DNA of 64,000 nucleotides from Escherichia coli (GTDB lineage Bacteria; Pseudomonadota; Gammaproteobacteria; Enterobacterales; Enterobacteriaceae): NCBI RefSeq assembly GCF_041886205.1, contig NZ_CP169029.1; one strand, 5' to 3'. Shown piece by piece: positions 63,143 to 64,000 of this stretch (position 1 is its first letter; each line of letters starts with the position of its first letter). The notes under the pieces were generated by a model. It saw only the letters and a program-made list of their open reading frames with translations, ran no database searches and was not told where the DNA came from. The position numbers and the translations under genes were made by a program.

Positions 63143-63760
63143 TCACACCTCCTTCGGGTTTGCCAGATAGCCAGTGGTATCCCCGGTCGGGCGGCTATTG
63201 GCATTGGGTTTGATCACAATATTCGGTTTGGTAAAGTGAGCTCGCGGCAACGGCGCAACGGCCGCCAGATCGCCATGTTTTTTACGCAGCTCGTCGATAG
63301 GGCCGAAATCCAGCGCCCGCAGCGGGCAAGATTCAACACAGATCGGCTTTTTACCCTCCGCAACACGGTCATAACAACCATCGCATTTGGTCATATGGCC
63401 TTTCGTTTCGTTATATTGCGGTGCGCCATACGGGCAAGCCATATGGCAGTAGCGGCAGCCAATGCACACATCTTCATCGACCACAACAAAACCATCTTCA
63501 CGTTTATGCATCGCACCGCTCGGGCAGACTTTAGTACAAGCCGGATCTTCGCAGTGGTTGCACGAAATCGACAGATAGTAGGCAAACACGTTCTGGTGCC
63601 AGACACCGTTATCTTCCTGCCAGTCGCCACCAGCATATTCATAAATGCGGCGGAAGCTGACTTCTGGTGTCAAATCTTTGTAGTCTTTACAAGCCAGCTC
63701 GCAGGTTTTGCAACCGGTGCAACGGCTGGAATCAATAAAAAATCCATACTGGGTTGTCAT
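63143..63760 (-). CDS. dmsB: DMSO reductase iron-sulfur subunit DmsB
   Basis: 205-aa ORF with four Cys clusters (CTGCKTCELAC, CNHCEDPAC, CIGCRYCHMAC, CDGC...C). Confidence 0.95.
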   Translation of the reverse strand: MTTQYGFFIDSSRCTGCKTCELACKDYKDLTPEVSFRRIYEYAGGDWQEDNGVWHQNVFAYYLSISCNHCEDPACTKVCPSGAMHKREDGFVVVDEDVCIGCRYCHMACPYGAPQYNETKGHMTKCDGCYDRVAEGKKPICVESCPLRALDFGPIDELRKKHGDLAAVAPLPRAHFTKPNIVIKPNANSRPTGDTTGYLANPKEV

Positions 63761-63770
63761 CGGTTACTCC

Positions 63771-64000
63771 TTACACCTTTTCAACCTGAACAAGGTTTGT
63801 ATGTGACGGATTCCCCTTAGCGAGAGGAGACGGACGTTGAGTGGTCAGTACGTTAATACAACCACCCTTATCGACACGTTTTGCATCCGGGTCATACCAG
63901 GCACCTTCACCCAGTGCGACCACACCCGGCATCATTCGTGGCGTCACTTTCGCCTCAATATGAACCTCACCACGATCGTTAAAGATCCTGACTTTATCGC
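63771..64000 (-). CDS. dmsA: DMSO reductase catalytic subunit DmsA, C-terminal fragment (5' end beyond window end)
   Basis: Minus-strand frame ending ...LVQVEKV-stop (TAA at 63771-63773) immediately upstream of dmsB; open to the window edge. Confidence 0.85.
   Translation of the reverse strand, partial: DKVRIFNDRGEVHIEAKVTPRMMPGVVALGEGAWYDPDAKRVDKGGCINVLTTQRPSPLAKGNPSHTNLVQVEKV

Noticed and set aside
62531-63820. 429-aa plus-strand ORF across dmsC and dmsB
   Set aside because: It is antisense to two well-supported DMSO reductase genes (the DmsB Cys clusters are unambiguous) and has no ribosome-binding site or domain signature.

Overview
This window is conserved Escherichia coli (K-12-like) core chromosome, read in reverse orientation relative to the standard map, running from ycbX to the 3' end of dmsA. 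I recognise about 58 genes in known order. From the start they are: ycbX (partial), zapC, pyrD, the cryptic elf chaperone-usher fimbrial operon (ycbF-ycbV-ycbU-elfG-elfC-elfD-elfA), ssuEADCB, pepN, pncB, asnS, ompF, aspC, ycbL, mepK, ldtD, mukB-mukE-mukF-cmoM, elyC, ycbJ, kdsB-ycaR-ycaQ-lpxK-msbA, ycaI, ihfB, rpsA, cmk, ycaL, aroA-serC, ycaP, ycaO, focA-pflB, pflA, ycaK, ycaN, ycaM, ycaD, ycaC, dmsC-dmsB and dmsA (partial). Gene calls rest on recognising the translated ORFs as well-known E. coli proteins; where the ORF track began at an upstream alternative codon I re-set the start and checked the codon in the sequence. Every intergenic gap is accounted for by known promoters, terminators or REP repeats. 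I see no insertion, prophage, IS element, CRISPR array, tRNA or unexplained gene cluster, so I do not find a previously undescribed system here. The one unexpected observation is that the fimbrial chaperone gene ycbF is split across two reading frames at a six-base C homopolymer (3020-3025), so it is a frameshifted pseudogene or a sequencing error in this sequence. Other points worth a second look are regulatory sites readable in the sequence (PurR box at pyrD, NAD box at pncB, FNR site and GTG start at focA, OmpR region at ompF, a REP cluster) and a few conserved but under-studied genes (ycaQ, ycaI, ycaO, ycaK/ycaN).
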